Shown here: in pieces, positions 47,385 through 57,266 of the stretch | Layout: every line of letters starts with the position of its first letter | Numbering within the stretch: the stretch's first letter is position 1 | Assembly (NCBI GenBank): GCA_030690305.1 | Contig: JAUYHB010000027.1 | Location: 79,670-143,669 of the forward strand | DNA from: a bacterium | GTDB lineage: Bacteria; Patescibacteriota; Minisyncoccia; Phycocordibacterales; JAGLPS01 | DNA length: 64,000 nucleotides | Direction of reading: 5' to 3' | The notes under the pieces: generated by a model | The model's database searches: none | What the model was told of the DNA's origin: nothing | What the model saw: only the letters and a program-made list of their open reading frames with translations | Translations under genes and position numbers: made by a program

Positions 47385-48170
47385 TTAATTTAGTGGCATT
47401 GTTCTGATATAGCGTGAAAGGTGGAAAGTTACAAGATGAAGGTCTTCATCATTTAAGATTACTGAGGAGTTTTTTATAAATGTCGGAAGCGCTTTTGGAT
47501 TTAGGAGCCATAAACCTTTTTTTTCTTGAGCATACTTTGAACTTGTAGAGTCAACAAACCAACCGGGAAAAACAATAACTGGTCGGACCTGAAATTCTTT
47601 TCCAGTACTTTCTTTTAAAATTTTCTTCAGCCAAATTGCTTCATCAATACTTTGAGTAATTGGGTGTTTATCAGGATAACGACTACCCACTATTACACCC
47701 TCGCCATCGAACGTAATAGATTCATTTCCACCCTTCTTGCTCCGCGCTTTAGTTTCAATGGTAAAAATTCCATGTGGAGAAACGACAACGTGGTCAATGT
47801 TAAAATTCTCTCCCAATACGTCATGGAAAACGACACAGCCTGAAACTCTGAGTTCTTCAAGGGATTGTCCCACCTCCCTCTCACCATCCCGCCCTAGTTT
47901 TATTTTTTGTATTTCAGATATATTTTTTTTAAGTCTGAAAGACAAGAAAATTATTACTATTAATCCCGCAATTAAAGTCCTTACAGGGTGAGGTTCTATT
48001 GGAAATGGAAAGTAAAAACGTATCCATTCAAAAATAATAAAGCATACACTAAATAAAATAAGAAGAGCGGGAAAAAATAATTTCTCGTATAAGGAATCCT
48101 GCAATTTTTCGTCAAGAGACTGGCCTGGAAGCCGTAATATCTGGTTTTTAAGTGGACTATTCATATTCAC
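47385..48170 (-). CDS. NERD (nuclease-related domain) protein with N-terminal TM helices
   Basis: GCVVFHDVLGENFNIDHVVVSPHGIFTIETKARSKKGG is the NERD signature. Confidence 0.55.
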   Translation of the reverse strand: MNMNSPLKNQILRLPGQSLDEKLQDSLYEKLFFPALLILFSVCFIIFEWIRFYFPFPIEPHPVRTLIAGLIVIIFLSFRLKKNISEIQKIKLGRDGEREVGQSLEELRVSGCVVFHDVLGENFNIDHVVVSPHGIFTIETKARSKKGGNESITFDGEGVIVGSRYPDKHPITQSIDEAIWLKKILKESTGKEFQVRPVIVFPGWFVDSTSSKYAQEKKGLWLLNPKALPTFIKNSSVILNDEDLHLVTFHLSRYIRTMPLN

Positions 48171-48748
48171 AAAATCGGATATTGAGCAAATTCCGAAAGC
48201 AAATTTTTTTCGTACAAGATGCGAGAAAAGGCTTCGGCTTCATAGAGAGCGCCATTGAGAGCGTTGTGCGGATGCGGTTCTACAGGAATGCCGACATATT
48301 CCATTATTGAATCGGAATTAAGAGCGCTTCTCCCCTTTTCTATGGGCGGTGTAATACCATGTTGAACCATATGCAAATACACCATTGAATGCAAATCAAG
48401 CGAACGGTGCGCCAAAGTGAAGTCCATATGATTGCGCTCGGTCGCGGCCTTTAGAAAATCTAAGTCAAAAGAAGGGTTCTGCCCTGCAATCGTATGCACC
48501 TTGCTCTCCAATAGCCATTTAAAAAATTCTTTAACAATCTCCCCTTCCGATTTTTTCGCGGGGTCCGTGAGGCTTTCTTTACTGAAACCATTTACCTCCA
48601 ACGCCTCGTCCATAATATGCGCCCCCGCCCACATTCTGCATTCTGCGTAGAAACGCCTTTCAGGGTTATTGAAATCAACCGCGCCAATACTTAACAGCGA
48701 GTGCTTGTACGGGTGCGTTCCTGTTGCTTCTACGTCTAGGATAATCAT
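48167..48748 (-). CDS. DEDDh-family 3'-5' exonuclease (DnaQ-like)
   Basis: MIILDVEATGTHPYKHSLLSIGAV (Exo I motif D-x-E). 4-nt overlap with the NERD gene start. Confidence 0.55.
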   Translation of the reverse strand: MIILDVEATGTHPYKHSLLSIGAVDFNNPERRFYAECRMWAGAHIMDEALEVNGFSKESLTDPAKKSEGEIVKEFFKWLLESKVHTIAGQNPSFDLDFLKAATERNHMDFTLAHRSLDLHSMVYLHMVQHGITPPIEKGRSALNSDSIMEYVGIPVEPHPHNALNGALYEAEAFSRILYEKNLLSEFAQYPIL

Positions 48749-48790
48749 TTGTGTTATCCTAAATGATAGAACATTTCAAAGGAGGAAACC

Positions 48791-48988
48791 ATGCCCCTTA
48801 AAAAACGTCAGAAAAACATTCTAACGGCATTAAAAGAACTGGGCGGAGAAGCGTCCACCCGTGAGATCGCGGAAAAAGTGTCATTAAATGTAAACGGTGT
48901 CTCCCAGAGCCTTGGCGCTCTTGGTAAGTATGTTGTCGGACTAGGCGGTCGAGGTGGAGAAATGCGCTGGAAATTGGTAAGTGAGTGA
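48791..48988 (+). CDS. Small winged-helix DNA-binding protein
   Basis: 65 aa: KNILTALKELGGEASTREIAEKVSLNVNGVSQSLGAL. Confidence 0.35.
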   Translation: MPLKKRQKNILTALKELGGEASTREIAEKVSLNVNGVSQSLGALGKYVVGLGGRGGEMRWKLVSE

Positions 48989-49074
48989 TTTTTTCACAAA
49001 TTAAAGAACCTCTTCCCGAGGTTCTTTTTTATCACTAACCCCTTCACGTTAAAGTGAGGAATTGCGAATGGCCT

Positions 49075-49518
49075 TTATTTAAGACCCTTGCAATTCGCCG
49101 CGGGAGTGTAACCTGCCGCGCGGGCTTCCTCGGGAGAATTAAAAGTAATTTTGTTTTCTTCCGCTATGCTTCTGGCGCCCGAACACCACGGATAGTGGTA
49201 CTTCGTCCCCTTCTTTGAAGCGACAACCATTTCCGAAGAGACCTCCTGGGAGGCGAGATTTTGGGCTTGCGTGACCTGTGCGGGAGATGCTATCTGGGAG
49301 GTGTTCTCTATCGCCACGGGCTCTTTATGGCCAAAGGAGAGCCTCCCCAAGCCAAAAGCGGCCGAGCCCACCAAAATGAGCATAAAGGCCACAAAAAGGC
49401 TTTGAATACCGTCATCGTCGTTACCGAAAGAGGCCTTGATTTTCTCCGTGATTTCTTTTATACTGTTCCCCATTACGTCAAATTGTAACACAGCACTATG
49501 GCACATAGAAAAGCCCAA
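49075..49518 (-). CDS. Membrane-anchored protein with C-terminal Ada-like metal-binding domain (degenerate)
   Basis: C-terminus [38 protein letters not shown] resembles the Ada N-terminal Zn-binding fold. Alternative start at 49473. Confidence 0.3.
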   Translation of the reverse strand: MGFSMCHSAVLQFDVMGNSIKEITEKIKASFGNDDDGIQSLFVAFMLILVGSAAFGLGRLSFGHKEPVAIENTSQIASPAQVTQAQNLASQEVSSEMVVASKKGTKYHYPWCSGARSIAEENKITFNSPEEARAAGYTPAANCKGLK

Positions 49519-49770
49519 GGTTCTACAAAAAACGACCGAGATTCAAATGCGAAGTATCGCGGTATAAAAATCAGCAATGGAGGAACGGCTAAAACCGGAA
49601 TGATTTTGGTGCGCCAAAAAGGCACGAAGTTTATCCCCGGCAAGAACGTCGGTATGGGAAGCGACTATACTCTCTTTGCTCTCAAAGACGGAAAAGTGAA
49701 ATACGGCACGAAGCGCAAAATGCACTTCGACGATACCATCGTCTCCAAAAACATCGTCCACGTTATCTAA
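49498..49770 (+). CDS. rpmA: 50S ribosomal protein L27
   Basis: [24 protein letters not shown]... is a typical L27 N-terminus. Confidence 0.8.
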   Translation: MAHRKAQGSTKNDRDSNAKYRGIKISNGGTAKTGMILVRQKGTKFIPGKNVGMGSDYTLFALKDGKVKYGTKRKMHFDDTIVSKNIVHVI

Positions 49771-49820
49771 ATCAAAATCCGCCCTGAGCAAAGTCGAAGG
49801 GCGGATTTTTTGTTTTCTTA

Positions 49821-50273
49821 CTATTCTGAGTCTGAGGCGGTAACAATTAATTTCAGTTTTGTTGTCTTGCCGTTGGCTTCAACTTCAATCATATGCTCCC
49901 CCACTTCTTTGACGGGGTGCTCGAGCTTGATGAATCGAGGACTGATATCCAAGCGTGTTTGTTTTTTTACTTCTTCGGCAATTGTTTCTTTGTGAATACC
50001 CGCGAAGAGATGCCCTTTTTCGTTTACCTTGCCTTTGATTTCAACGGTAACTTTGGCGATGTCGCCCATGTTCTTTGCCAGTAAATCTTCCTGGATTTTG
50101 ATATCCGCTTCCATCGTCTTTTTCTTTGCCTCAACTTCCGCAACAAATCCCTCTGTTGCCAAACGGGCAAAATGGTTAGGAAAAAGGTAGTTCTGCGCGT
50201 ATCCGGCGGAAACGTTTACAATATCGTATTTTTTGCCCACTTTCGGAGCGTCTTTAACCAAAACAACTTTCAT
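49821..50273 (-). CDS. rplI: 50S ribosomal protein L9
   Basis: MKVVLVKDAPKVGKKYDIVNVSAGYAQNYLFP. Confidence 0.8.
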   Translation of the reverse strand: MKVVLVKDAPKVGKKYDIVNVSAGYAQNYLFPNHFARLATEGFVAEVEAKKKTMEADIKIQEDLLAKNMGDIAKVTVEIKGKVNEKGHLFAGIHKETIAEEVKKQTRLDISPRFIKLEHPVKEVGEHMIEVEANGKTTKLKLIVTASDSE

Positions 50274-50312
50274 ACATTAGGTTTTAGATTCCTTGGTAAT
50301 CCTGTATTTCTA

Positions 50313-51539
50313 TCACTTTTTGAGGAGAATATCAACCGCCTTCTGTAATTGGGGGTCTCTTCCCTTTTCAATATCCTCGGAAGTTATCGGCACTACAACG
50401 TCGGGCGTAAAACCGGCGACAGAAATAGAGTTGCCGTTTGGCGTCAGCCATTTGGCAATGGTAATTTTCAGAGATGTATCGGCGGTCAGTTGTACGAGTT
50501 CCTGCACCGTGCCTTTACCGAATGTCTGTTCTCCGACAACCGTTGCGACACCGTGCTCGCTTAAGGCTCCCGCCAAAATTTCAGAGGCCGAAGCGGAGCC
50601 TTGGTTTACAAGAATAACGAATTCGAGATTTTCGTTGAAAATATCATAGCCCTTGCTTCTGTGGAACTGCTGTTCTTCTTTTCCCCCGTAGTCTTCGATG
50701 GCAATAATTTTGCCCGCCGGTAGAAACCAGCTTCCGATGTCAACAGCGGCTTCCAAAAAGCCTCCAGGATTTCCACGCAAATCGAGCACCAACCGTGTTG
50801 AGCCCGAGAGAATGAATTCACGAAGGGCATTTCGGAAAAGATTCGGCGAAACTGCGGAAAAATTGTAGAGTTTTATGACAAATATGCCGTCAGAGCGAAG
50901 TTCGGTATCAAGAGTGGGAATGTCTATAACGTCGCGAACAACGCTTATTTCAAGCGCTTCACTTTCGCCTTCACGGACAATGGTAAAGGTCACTTTCGTG
51001 CCTTTCGGTCCGCGGATTTTTTGAATAGCGTCATCCACGGAAACGCGGGCCGTTGAAGTGCCGTCAATTGCTATGATTTTGTCCTGCGCCTGAATGCCCG
51101 CGCGATACGCCGGCGTGCCTTTGAGCGGGGCAACAACCGTCAGCACGTTGTCTCGGATGCCGATTTCCATTCCCACGCCCTCAAAATTTCCGCTGATTTC
51201 GCTTTCAAAGTATTTTGCTTCCACGGGCGGGAAAAAGACGGTGTACGGGTCTCCGAAGGAGTCCGCAAGGCCTGAAATAGCACCCCATACTTTGTCGGCA
51301 TCCGTTACCGTTTTCTCGGTTGTGGTTGAGACCGAAACGAATTTTGAATCAAGGATGGTCCACGCTTTCCAGAACGGGGCGAAGTCGACAGAGGAAGGCT
51401 TGCCCTCCTCTTTATTTAAAAGATTGATAGCAGCGACCGTCGCGCGCTTCTCGCCCATGTAGAATCCAATGCCAAAAGAAGCCCCGATAAGGGCCGCGGC
51501 AACGATAATAACTATTGTTTTGGTGGAAAAATTCCGCAT
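50313..51539 (-). CDS. ctpA: Carboxyl-terminal processing protease (S41) with PDZ domain
   Basis: PDZ segment plus LDLRGNPGG and the catalytic region NQGSASASEI. Confidence 0.7.
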   Translation of the reverse strand: MRNFSTKTIVIIVAAALIGASFGIGFYMGEKRATVAAINLLNKEEGKPSSVDFAPFWKAWTILDSKFVSVSTTTEKTVTDADKVWGAISGLADSFGDPYTVFFPPVEAKYFESEISGNFEGVGMEIGIRDNVLTVVAPLKGTPAYRAGIQAQDKIIAIDGTSTARVSVDDAIQKIRGPKGTKVTFTIVREGESEALEISVVRDVIDIPTLDTELRSDGIFVIKLYNFSAVSPNLFRNALREFILSGSTRLVLDLRGNPGGFLEAAVDIGSWFLPAGKIIAIEDYGGKEEQQFHRSKGYDIFNENLEFVILVNQGSASASEILAGALSEHGVATVVGEQTFGKGTVQELVQLTADTSLKITIAKWLTPNGNSISVAGFTPDVVVPITSEDIEKGRDPQLQKAVDILLKK

Positions 51540-51610
51540 GTGCTTTCCAATTATCGCACGCTCGTATCGTGATGGTCAAATAAAACATCGCAAGATATAA
51601 TAGTGCGTAT

Positions 51611-52525
51611 ATGATGAATCGGTACCAGTACGACAGTGTAACGTGGATAGACCTTAATCAGCCTACTGAAGAAGAGGTTGGTGTTGTCGCTAAAGAATTT
51701 TCCATAGACGCGGTGGTTTCTCACGACCTTCTGACACCTACACCGAAGCCTAAAGTGGAAATCGGAAATGGATATCTTTACACGGTGCTTCACTTCCCCG
51801 TATCCAAGCATACGCACATGGAAGATTGCTCGTCGCAGGAAATCGATTTTCTTGTCGGCAAAAATTTTGTCATTACCGTGCGGTATGAAATTGTGGACGC
51901 CCTCGAGCAATTGGCCAAAGAGGTTGAAGTGAAGTCCATCGTCACCGACGGCATGGACAAGAGAAGTGGAAATCTGCTCTTCTTTATCATGCTTAAAGAA
52001 TTGTACGAATCGGTGGAGAACGAACTCGGGTACCTCAACGACTGGATGCAAGGTATTGAAAAGAAGATTTTTACCGGGCAGGAAAAAGATATGGTTATTT
52101 CCCTCTCGCATGCCATCCGCGTATTGCTTGATTTCAAAAAAGTTATTCGTACTCATACCCATCTGCTTCCGGCTATCGAGATTTCCGGAAAGAAAATTTT
52201 TGGAGACGAATTTGAATATCAGATTGACGCTCTGCAAGCCGAACACGGCAACATAAGCGAATCTATCGACAGTCTCATGGAATCTGTTGTTGAATTCCGC
52301 GAAACAAACAATTCTCTGCTTGAATCGAAACAGAACGAAGTGATGAAGACACTTACTCTCATGGCGTTTATTACTCTCCCGCTTTCCTTGATTGCGAGCA
52401 TTTTCAGCATGAACACATGGCTTCCGTTTGTCGGACAGGAAAACGATTTTTTCATCGTGCTTATCATTATGGTTGTCGCCGTTTTGACTATTTTCCTTGC
52501 TTTCAAATTAAGGAAATGGATTTAA
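51611..52525 (+). CDS. corA: CorA-family Mg2+/Co2+ transporter
   Basis: Cytoplasmic domain plus two C-terminal TMs with FSMNTW (a GMN-like motif). Confidence 0.55.
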   Translation: MMNRYQYDSVTWIDLNQPTEEEVGVVAKEFSIDAVVSHDLLTPTPKPKVEIGNGYLYTVLHFPVSKHTHMEDCSSQEIDFLVGKNFVITVRYEIVDALEQLAKEVEVKSIVTDGMDKRSGNLLFFIMLKELYESVENELGYLNDWMQGIEKKIFTGQEKDMVISLSHAIRVLLDFKKVIRTHTHLLPAIEISGKKIFGDEFEYQIDALQAEHGNISESIDSLMESVVEFRETNNSLLESKQNEVMKTLTLMAFITLPLSLIASIFSMNTWLPFVGQENDFFIVLIIMVVAVLTIFLAFKLRKWI

Positions 52526-52528
52526 CCG

Positions 52529-53917
52529 ATGCTTTCGCTTTTTAATACTCTTACCGACCGCAAAGAAGAATTTGCTCCACTTCACGACAAAACCGTCGGA
52601 ATGTATCATTGCGGCCCGACGGTATATAACTATCCGCACGTCGGAAACCTCCGTGCTTACGTATTTGCCGATATCCTTAAGCGCGCCCTCTTATATGAGG
52701 GCCTTTCGGTAACCCAAGTCATCAATATTACCGATGTGGGACACCTTGTCGGAGACCATGACGAGGGAGAGGACAAAGTGGAAGCGGGCGCGCGAAAAGA
52801 AGGAAAAACCGCGCAAGAAATCACCGAGTTTTACACGCAGGCTTTTTTCGACGACATACACGCCCTCAATATCGAAACTACCGGCACCCTCTTCCCTCGC
52901 GCGACGGAAAACATTGAAGAGCAAATCGCCCTTATCAAACACCTTGGAGAAAAAGGATACACGTATGTGACATCCGATGGTGTTTATTTCGACACTTCCA
53001 AGTTTCCCGATTACGGGAAATTGGGAAATATAAATTTGGCGGGGCTTTCGGAAGGCGCGCGCGTTGCCGCCAATACGGAGAAGAAGAATCCGACTGATTT
53101 CGCATTATGGAAATTCTCTCAAAGCGCCGAAAAACGCCAGCAGGAGTGGGAATCGCCGTGGGGAACGGGATTTCCCGGATGGCATGCCGAGTGTTCGGCC
53201 ATGTCCATGAAGTTTTTGGGAGAAACGTTTGATATTCATACCGGAGGCATCGACCATATTCCCGTCCATCACAACAACGAAATCGCGCAATCCGAAGCGG
53301 CAACAGGAAAGAAATTTGTCCGTTTCTGGATGCATAATGCGTTTATCAATGCTTCGGGAGACGTGAAAATGGCAAAGTCGGAAGAAAATTTCGTACGGCT
53401 CGCGGGTATCGCCGAACATGGCATTCATCCCATCGCTTGCCGCTATTGGCTCCTCTCCGCTCATTACCGTTCACCGATGATTTTTTCCTGGGACGCGTTG
53501 GAGGCGGCGGATGTCGCGTTGCGGAAACTTAATGCGCACGTTTTACAACTTCCCGAATCCGAAGGAAAACTTGCTTCTCCATATCATGCGGAATTTAAAA
53601 AACTTATTGAAGACGATTTGGACACTCCCAAAGTGCTCGCGCTCTTGTGGAAACTTGTTAAAGATACTCAAATAAAAGAAGAGGACAAGAAAGCGACTAT
53701 TTTGGACTTTGACCGGGTACTCGGGCTCAATCTCTCCGCTTCCCTGTTTGAAGAAGGGATAATCCCCCAAAATGTCCGCGAACTTGCCGAAAAACGAGAG
53801 AAGTCCCGCGTGGAAAAAAATTGGAAAGAGGCTGATGCTCTTAGAGAACAAATTCTTTCCCTTGGCTATGAAATACGCGATACGGAACATGGTTTTTTCA
53901 TCGGGAAAAAACGCTGA
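52529..53917 (+). CDS. cysS: Cysteinyl-tRNA synthetase
   Basis: HCGPTVYNYPHVGN (HIGH region) and KMAKSEENF (KMSKS). Confidence 0.85.
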   Translation: MLSLFNTLTDRKEEFAPLHDKTVGMYHCGPTVYNYPHVGNLRAYVFADILKRALLYEGLSVTQVINITDVGHLVGDHDEGEDKVEAGARKEGKTAQEITEFYTQAFFDDIHALNIETTGTLFPRATENIEEQIALIKHLGEKGYTYVTSDGVYFDTSKFPDYGKLGNINLAGLSEGARVAANTEKKNPTDFALWKFSQSAEKRQQEWESPWGTGFPGWHAECSAMSMKFLGETFDIHTGGIDHIPVHHNNEIAQSEAATGKKFVRFWMHNAFINASGDVKMAKSEENFVRLAGIAEHGIHPIACRYWLLSAHYRSPMIFSWDALEAADVALRKLNAHVLQLPESEGKLASPYHAEFKKLIEDDLDTPKVLALLWKLVKDTQIKEEDKKATILDFDRVLGLNLSASLFEEGIIPQNVRELAEKREKSRVEKNWKEADALREQILSLGYEIRDTEHGFFIGKKR

Positions 53918-54151
53918 AAGTTAAACAAAAAAAAACTGCCGAGAGGTTTTACGCTCTCGGCAGGCAAAGAAGGAGGTACTGCTCACTACTCTAATGACTA
54001 AAGATCCCTCTTCAGTCGCTTGCCACACTCTAACACAACAAATCTGCAGGTCAAGGACTTGTTCACAATTTAGACACACCTTTTCCTCTTTTTCCTCCTC
54101 TTTTTTAATAGACGGATTTTTGGGTGTGATAGACTTAAAGTTACAAAAAAA

Positions 54152-55540
54152 ATGCCTGTTTCTCCATTTATGCAAGTCAAAAATGTCCGCGTACCTCCTC
54201 AAAACGTTGAGGCGGAAATGGCATTGTTGGGCTCGGTCATGCTTCGTCCAGAGGCATTGTATGAAATTATCGACATAATTTCTCCCGATGTTTTTTATTC
54301 AACGAGACATCGGATTATTTTTGACGGGATGCTTGATTTGTTTTCCAAAAGCACACCCGTTGACCTTCTCTCCCTTTCTTCCCGTCTTAAAGAAAAAAAT
54401 CTTCTCGACGATGTCGGAGGAAGCACATATCTTTCCGAACTCGTAAGCTCGGTTCCCTCTTCCGCCCACGTTGAACACTATGCGGAAATCGTGCGCAAAA
54501 AATATCTGATGCGCAAACTTATTGAGGCATCCGAACATATCGCCCTTCTCGGATACGAAGAGGCGCATGAGATTGAATATATTCTTGATGCCGCGGAAAA
54601 AAGAATTTTTGAAGTTACCAACACTTCCAACCTTCACAATTTCACCTCTCTCAAAGACGCTCTCGGCGAAGCGTGGGAAAGATTGGACAGGCTCCACCGT
54701 TCCGAAGACAAAATCCGCGGAGTGCCCACCGGCTACCAGGAACTCGATAACAAACTTTCAGGTTTGCAAAAATCAGACCTTATCATCCTTGCCGCACGTC
54801 CTTCCATGGGAAAAACGTCTCTTGCTCTCGACATTGCCCGCCAAACAGCGATAAAACACAATACTCCCGTCGGTATTTTTTCTCTGGAAATGAGTTCGCA
54901 ACAGCTTGTTGACCGCATGCTCGCGGCCGAGTCGCGCGTTGACGCGTGGAAATTACGCACCGGCCAGCTTTCTATAGAACAAGAATTCGGAAAAATCCGA
55001 GATTCGCTTGACGTGCTTTCCAAAGCCCCGATTTATATAGACGACCAGCCCGGCAATACAATCCTCAAAATGCGTTCCACCGCGCGACGCTTGAAGAGCG
55101 AAAAAAATCTCGGGCTTATTATCGTCGATTACCTTCAGCTCATGGCCCCGACGCATACGCGTGCTTCGGATTCTCTGGTTCAACAAGTCACGGAAATTTC
55201 CCGCTCTCTCAAACACTTGGCCCGCGAACTTGATGTGCCCGTGCTCGCGCTTTCCCAGTTATCGCGCGCCGTTGAACAGCGCGGCGGACGTCCCCGACTT
55301 TCGGACTTACGCGATTCGGGTTCCATCGAACAGGATGCGGACGTCGTGATGTTCATTCACCGAGAGGATAAATACGACGAGAACAGCGACCGGCCGAACA
55401 TCGCCGAAATACTCATTGAAAAACACCGTAATGGTCCGACCGGAAAAGTTGAACTTTATTTTGACGACAAAAAGTCAACGTTTCTCAGTATTGAAAAATC
55501 GGAAGTTCCGTCCGCCGACTCGGAATTCGGTGACCTGTAA
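54152..55540 (+). CDS. dnaB: Replicative DNA helicase DnaB
   Basis: NVEAEMALLGSVML N-terminal domain, Walker A AARPSMGKTSLAL, RecA-like core. Confidence 0.85.
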   Translation: MPVSPFMQVKNVRVPPQNVEAEMALLGSVMLRPEALYEIIDIISPDVFYSTRHRIIFDGMLDLFSKSTPVDLLSLSSRLKEKNLLDDVGGSTYLSELVSSVPSSAHVEHYAEIVRKKYLMRKLIEASEHIALLGYEEAHEIEYILDAAEKRIFEVTNTSNLHNFTSLKDALGEAWERLDRLHRSEDKIRGVPTGYQELDNKLSGLQKSDLIILAARPSMGKTSLALDIARQTAIKHNTPVGIFSLEMSSQQLVDRMLAAESRVDAWKLRTGQLSIEQEFGKIRDSLDVLSKAPIYIDDQPGNTILKMRSTARRLKSEKNLGLIIVDYLQLMAPTHTRASDSLVQQVTEISRSLKHLARELDVPVLALSQLSRAVEQRGGRPRLSDLRDSGSIEQDADVVMFIHREDKYDENSDRPNIAEILIEKHRNGPTGKVELYFDDKKSTFLSIEKSEVPSADSEFGDL

Positions 55541-55543
55541 ACC

Positions 55544-56167
55544 ATGCGAAGCGTTGATACTCTGATTGAGATATTCATGAAGTTTCCCGGCGTGGGCCCC
55601 CGTCAGGCACGCCGTTTTGTATATTTTCTTTTGGGAAAAAACGGGACGTTTATCGCGGAGTTGAACGAAGCGTTGCAGAAGCTTTCCAAAGAAATGCGTC
55701 TATGCGAATCGTGTTTCAGATATTTTCATAAAGAGAACGGCAATACGTCCGCCGTATGTTCCATATGCTCGGACACGCACCGCGACGAACATTCCCTCCT
55801 TATTGTCTCGGGAAATGTTGATTTGGAAAGTATTGAAAAAAGCGGATATTGGAAAGGGCGATATTTCGTGCTCGGAGGCATTGTTCCCATACTTGAAAAA
55901 AATCCCGAACAGAGAATCAAACTGAAAGAATTGAAACAAAAAATAGAAAAGGAGGGCAAGAAAAAAATACTTAAAGAGATTGTCCTCGCGCTCAATACCA
56001 CTCCCGAAGGAGAAAATACTTCCCTTTTCTTGCAGTCCAACCTTGAACCGCTTTTTAAAGAACATTCAATTAAAATCTCCGTGCTTGGACGCGGGCTCTC
56101 AACCGGTGCCGAGCTTGAATACGCCGACAGCGAAACCATCAAAAACGCTCTACAAAACAGGCATTAA
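55544..56167 (+). CDS. recR: Recombination protein RecR
   Basis: HhH KFPGVGPRQARR, C4 zinc finger CESC...CSIC, Toprim domain. Confidence 0.8.
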   Translation: MRSVDTLIEIFMKFPGVGPRQARRFVYFLLGKNGTFIAELNEALQKLSKEMRLCESCFRYFHKENGNTSAVCSICSDTHRDEHSLLIVSGNVDLESIEKSGYWKGRYFVLGGIVPILEKNPEQRIKLKELKQKIEKEGKKKILKEIVLALNTTPEGENTSLFLQSNLEPLFKEHSIKISVLGRGLSTGAELEYADSETIKNALQNRH

Positions 56168-56195
56168 AAAAAACAGACGCGATTTGCGTCTGTTT

Positions 56196-56594
56196 TTACT
56201 TTATAGCGTCTATTTTCACCACAGCAAAGGGCTGGCGGTGGGTATTAACTTTTCGGTAACGGCTTTTTTGTCTGTATTTTAAAACCAAAACCTTAGCTGA
56301 TCTTCCCGCTTTGGCGTATGTTGCTTCCACTTTCGCACCTGTTATATACGGTGTGCCGATGGTTGTGTCCGTGCCATTGTCCACCAAAAGCACTTTATCA
56401 AAAGTGATCTTGTCTCCTTCTTTGTGTTCTCCGGCAAGTTTTTCAATTTTTAGGGTGTCCCCCACTTTAACCGTGTACTGTTTTCCGCCAGTCAAAATAA
56501 CTGCGAATTCTTTTCCTGAAGCGGTCTTCGGGGTTTTCTTTACCGTATTCTTTTTTACTGCCTTTTCAGCCATAATGTTGCCTATTCTACACAA
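56196..56594 (-). CDS. rplU: 50S ribosomal protein L21 with Lys-rich N-terminal extension
   Basis: EFAVILTGGKQYTVKVGDTLKIEKL...YRQKSRYRKVNTHRQPFAVVKIDAI. The true start is probably MAEKAV (56573). Confidence 0.75.
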   Translation of the reverse strand: MCRIGNIMAEKAVKKNTVKKTPKTASGKEFAVILTGGKQYTVKVGDTLKIEKLAGEHKEGDKITFDKVLLVDNGTDTTIGTPYITGAKVEATYAKAGRSAKVLVLKYRQKSRYRKVNTHRQPFAVVKIDAIK

Positions 56595-56690
56595 ATATAC
56601 TCAAAATGCAAACGTTTTTACAGAGCCATATTATGTGCTAGTATCTCCAAGAGAAATTTAAACCGAAAATTCTTAAAAAACGGAGGAAAT

Positions 56691-56942
56691 ATGGCATTAA
56701 AGATAGGAAGTCTCGCTCATTTTGAAAGGTTTCTTGACAAGGGAAACAGACCGTGGGAATACGTCAAAGCATTCGAATCATCCGGGATGTCACACGAGAA
56801 AGTGGACAAAATTCAAGAGAAAAGACTACAGAGAAGTGAGGAGGCAGTATCGCTATTCATGCCAAATGACAATACAAGCGATGACTGGTTCCCCGCTCCC
56901 GGTTTCGAGACGGATGGAAAGAAAAAAGAAATCGAAGGCTGA
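56691..56942 (+). CDS. Hypothetical protein (83 aa)
   Basis: ORF with an upstream SD AACGGAGGAAAT. Confidence 0.35.
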   Translation: MALKIGSLAHFERFLDKGNRPWEYVKAFESSGMSHEKVDKIQEKRLQRSEEAVSLFMPNDNTSDDWFPAPGFETDGKKKEIEG

Positions 56943-57046
56943 CAAGAGCCGCGACGTTAGTACGTTCGCGGCTCTTTCTTTGACTTTTATTTGTTTTTTC
57001 GGTTCAATACAGAAAGAGAAGAACTTTTACAAAAGGAGTCTAACAT

Positions 57047-57266
57047 GGGACAAAAAAAAGAGTTAGGAATAAAAGAACTTGTCATCAGTGATGAACTGCG
57101 GGAAAAGTTTAAAACCGAAACCAATCCTGAAGTCAGGAGAAGACTGGAAGAACTTCACGGATGGAGAATGGAAAGCGCCCGTATCTTTCCCTACTGGCCA
57201 AAAAGAGGAGGGCATAATGCTGAAGACAGTCGACAAAAAAATGCAGGACTACTACAACGCTTATAG
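57047..57266 (+). CDS. Small hypothetical protein (~72 aa)
   Basis: SD AAAGGAG 8 nt upstream of the ATG. MGQKKELGIKELVISDELREKF... Confidence 0.35.

Noticed and set aside
51551-52246. 231-aa minus-strand ORF
   Set aside because: Antisense to the well-supported corA gene; no recognisable motifs.
52691-53464. Minus-strand ORFs inside cysS
   Set aside because: Antisense shadows of a highly confident aminoacyl-tRNA synthetase gene.
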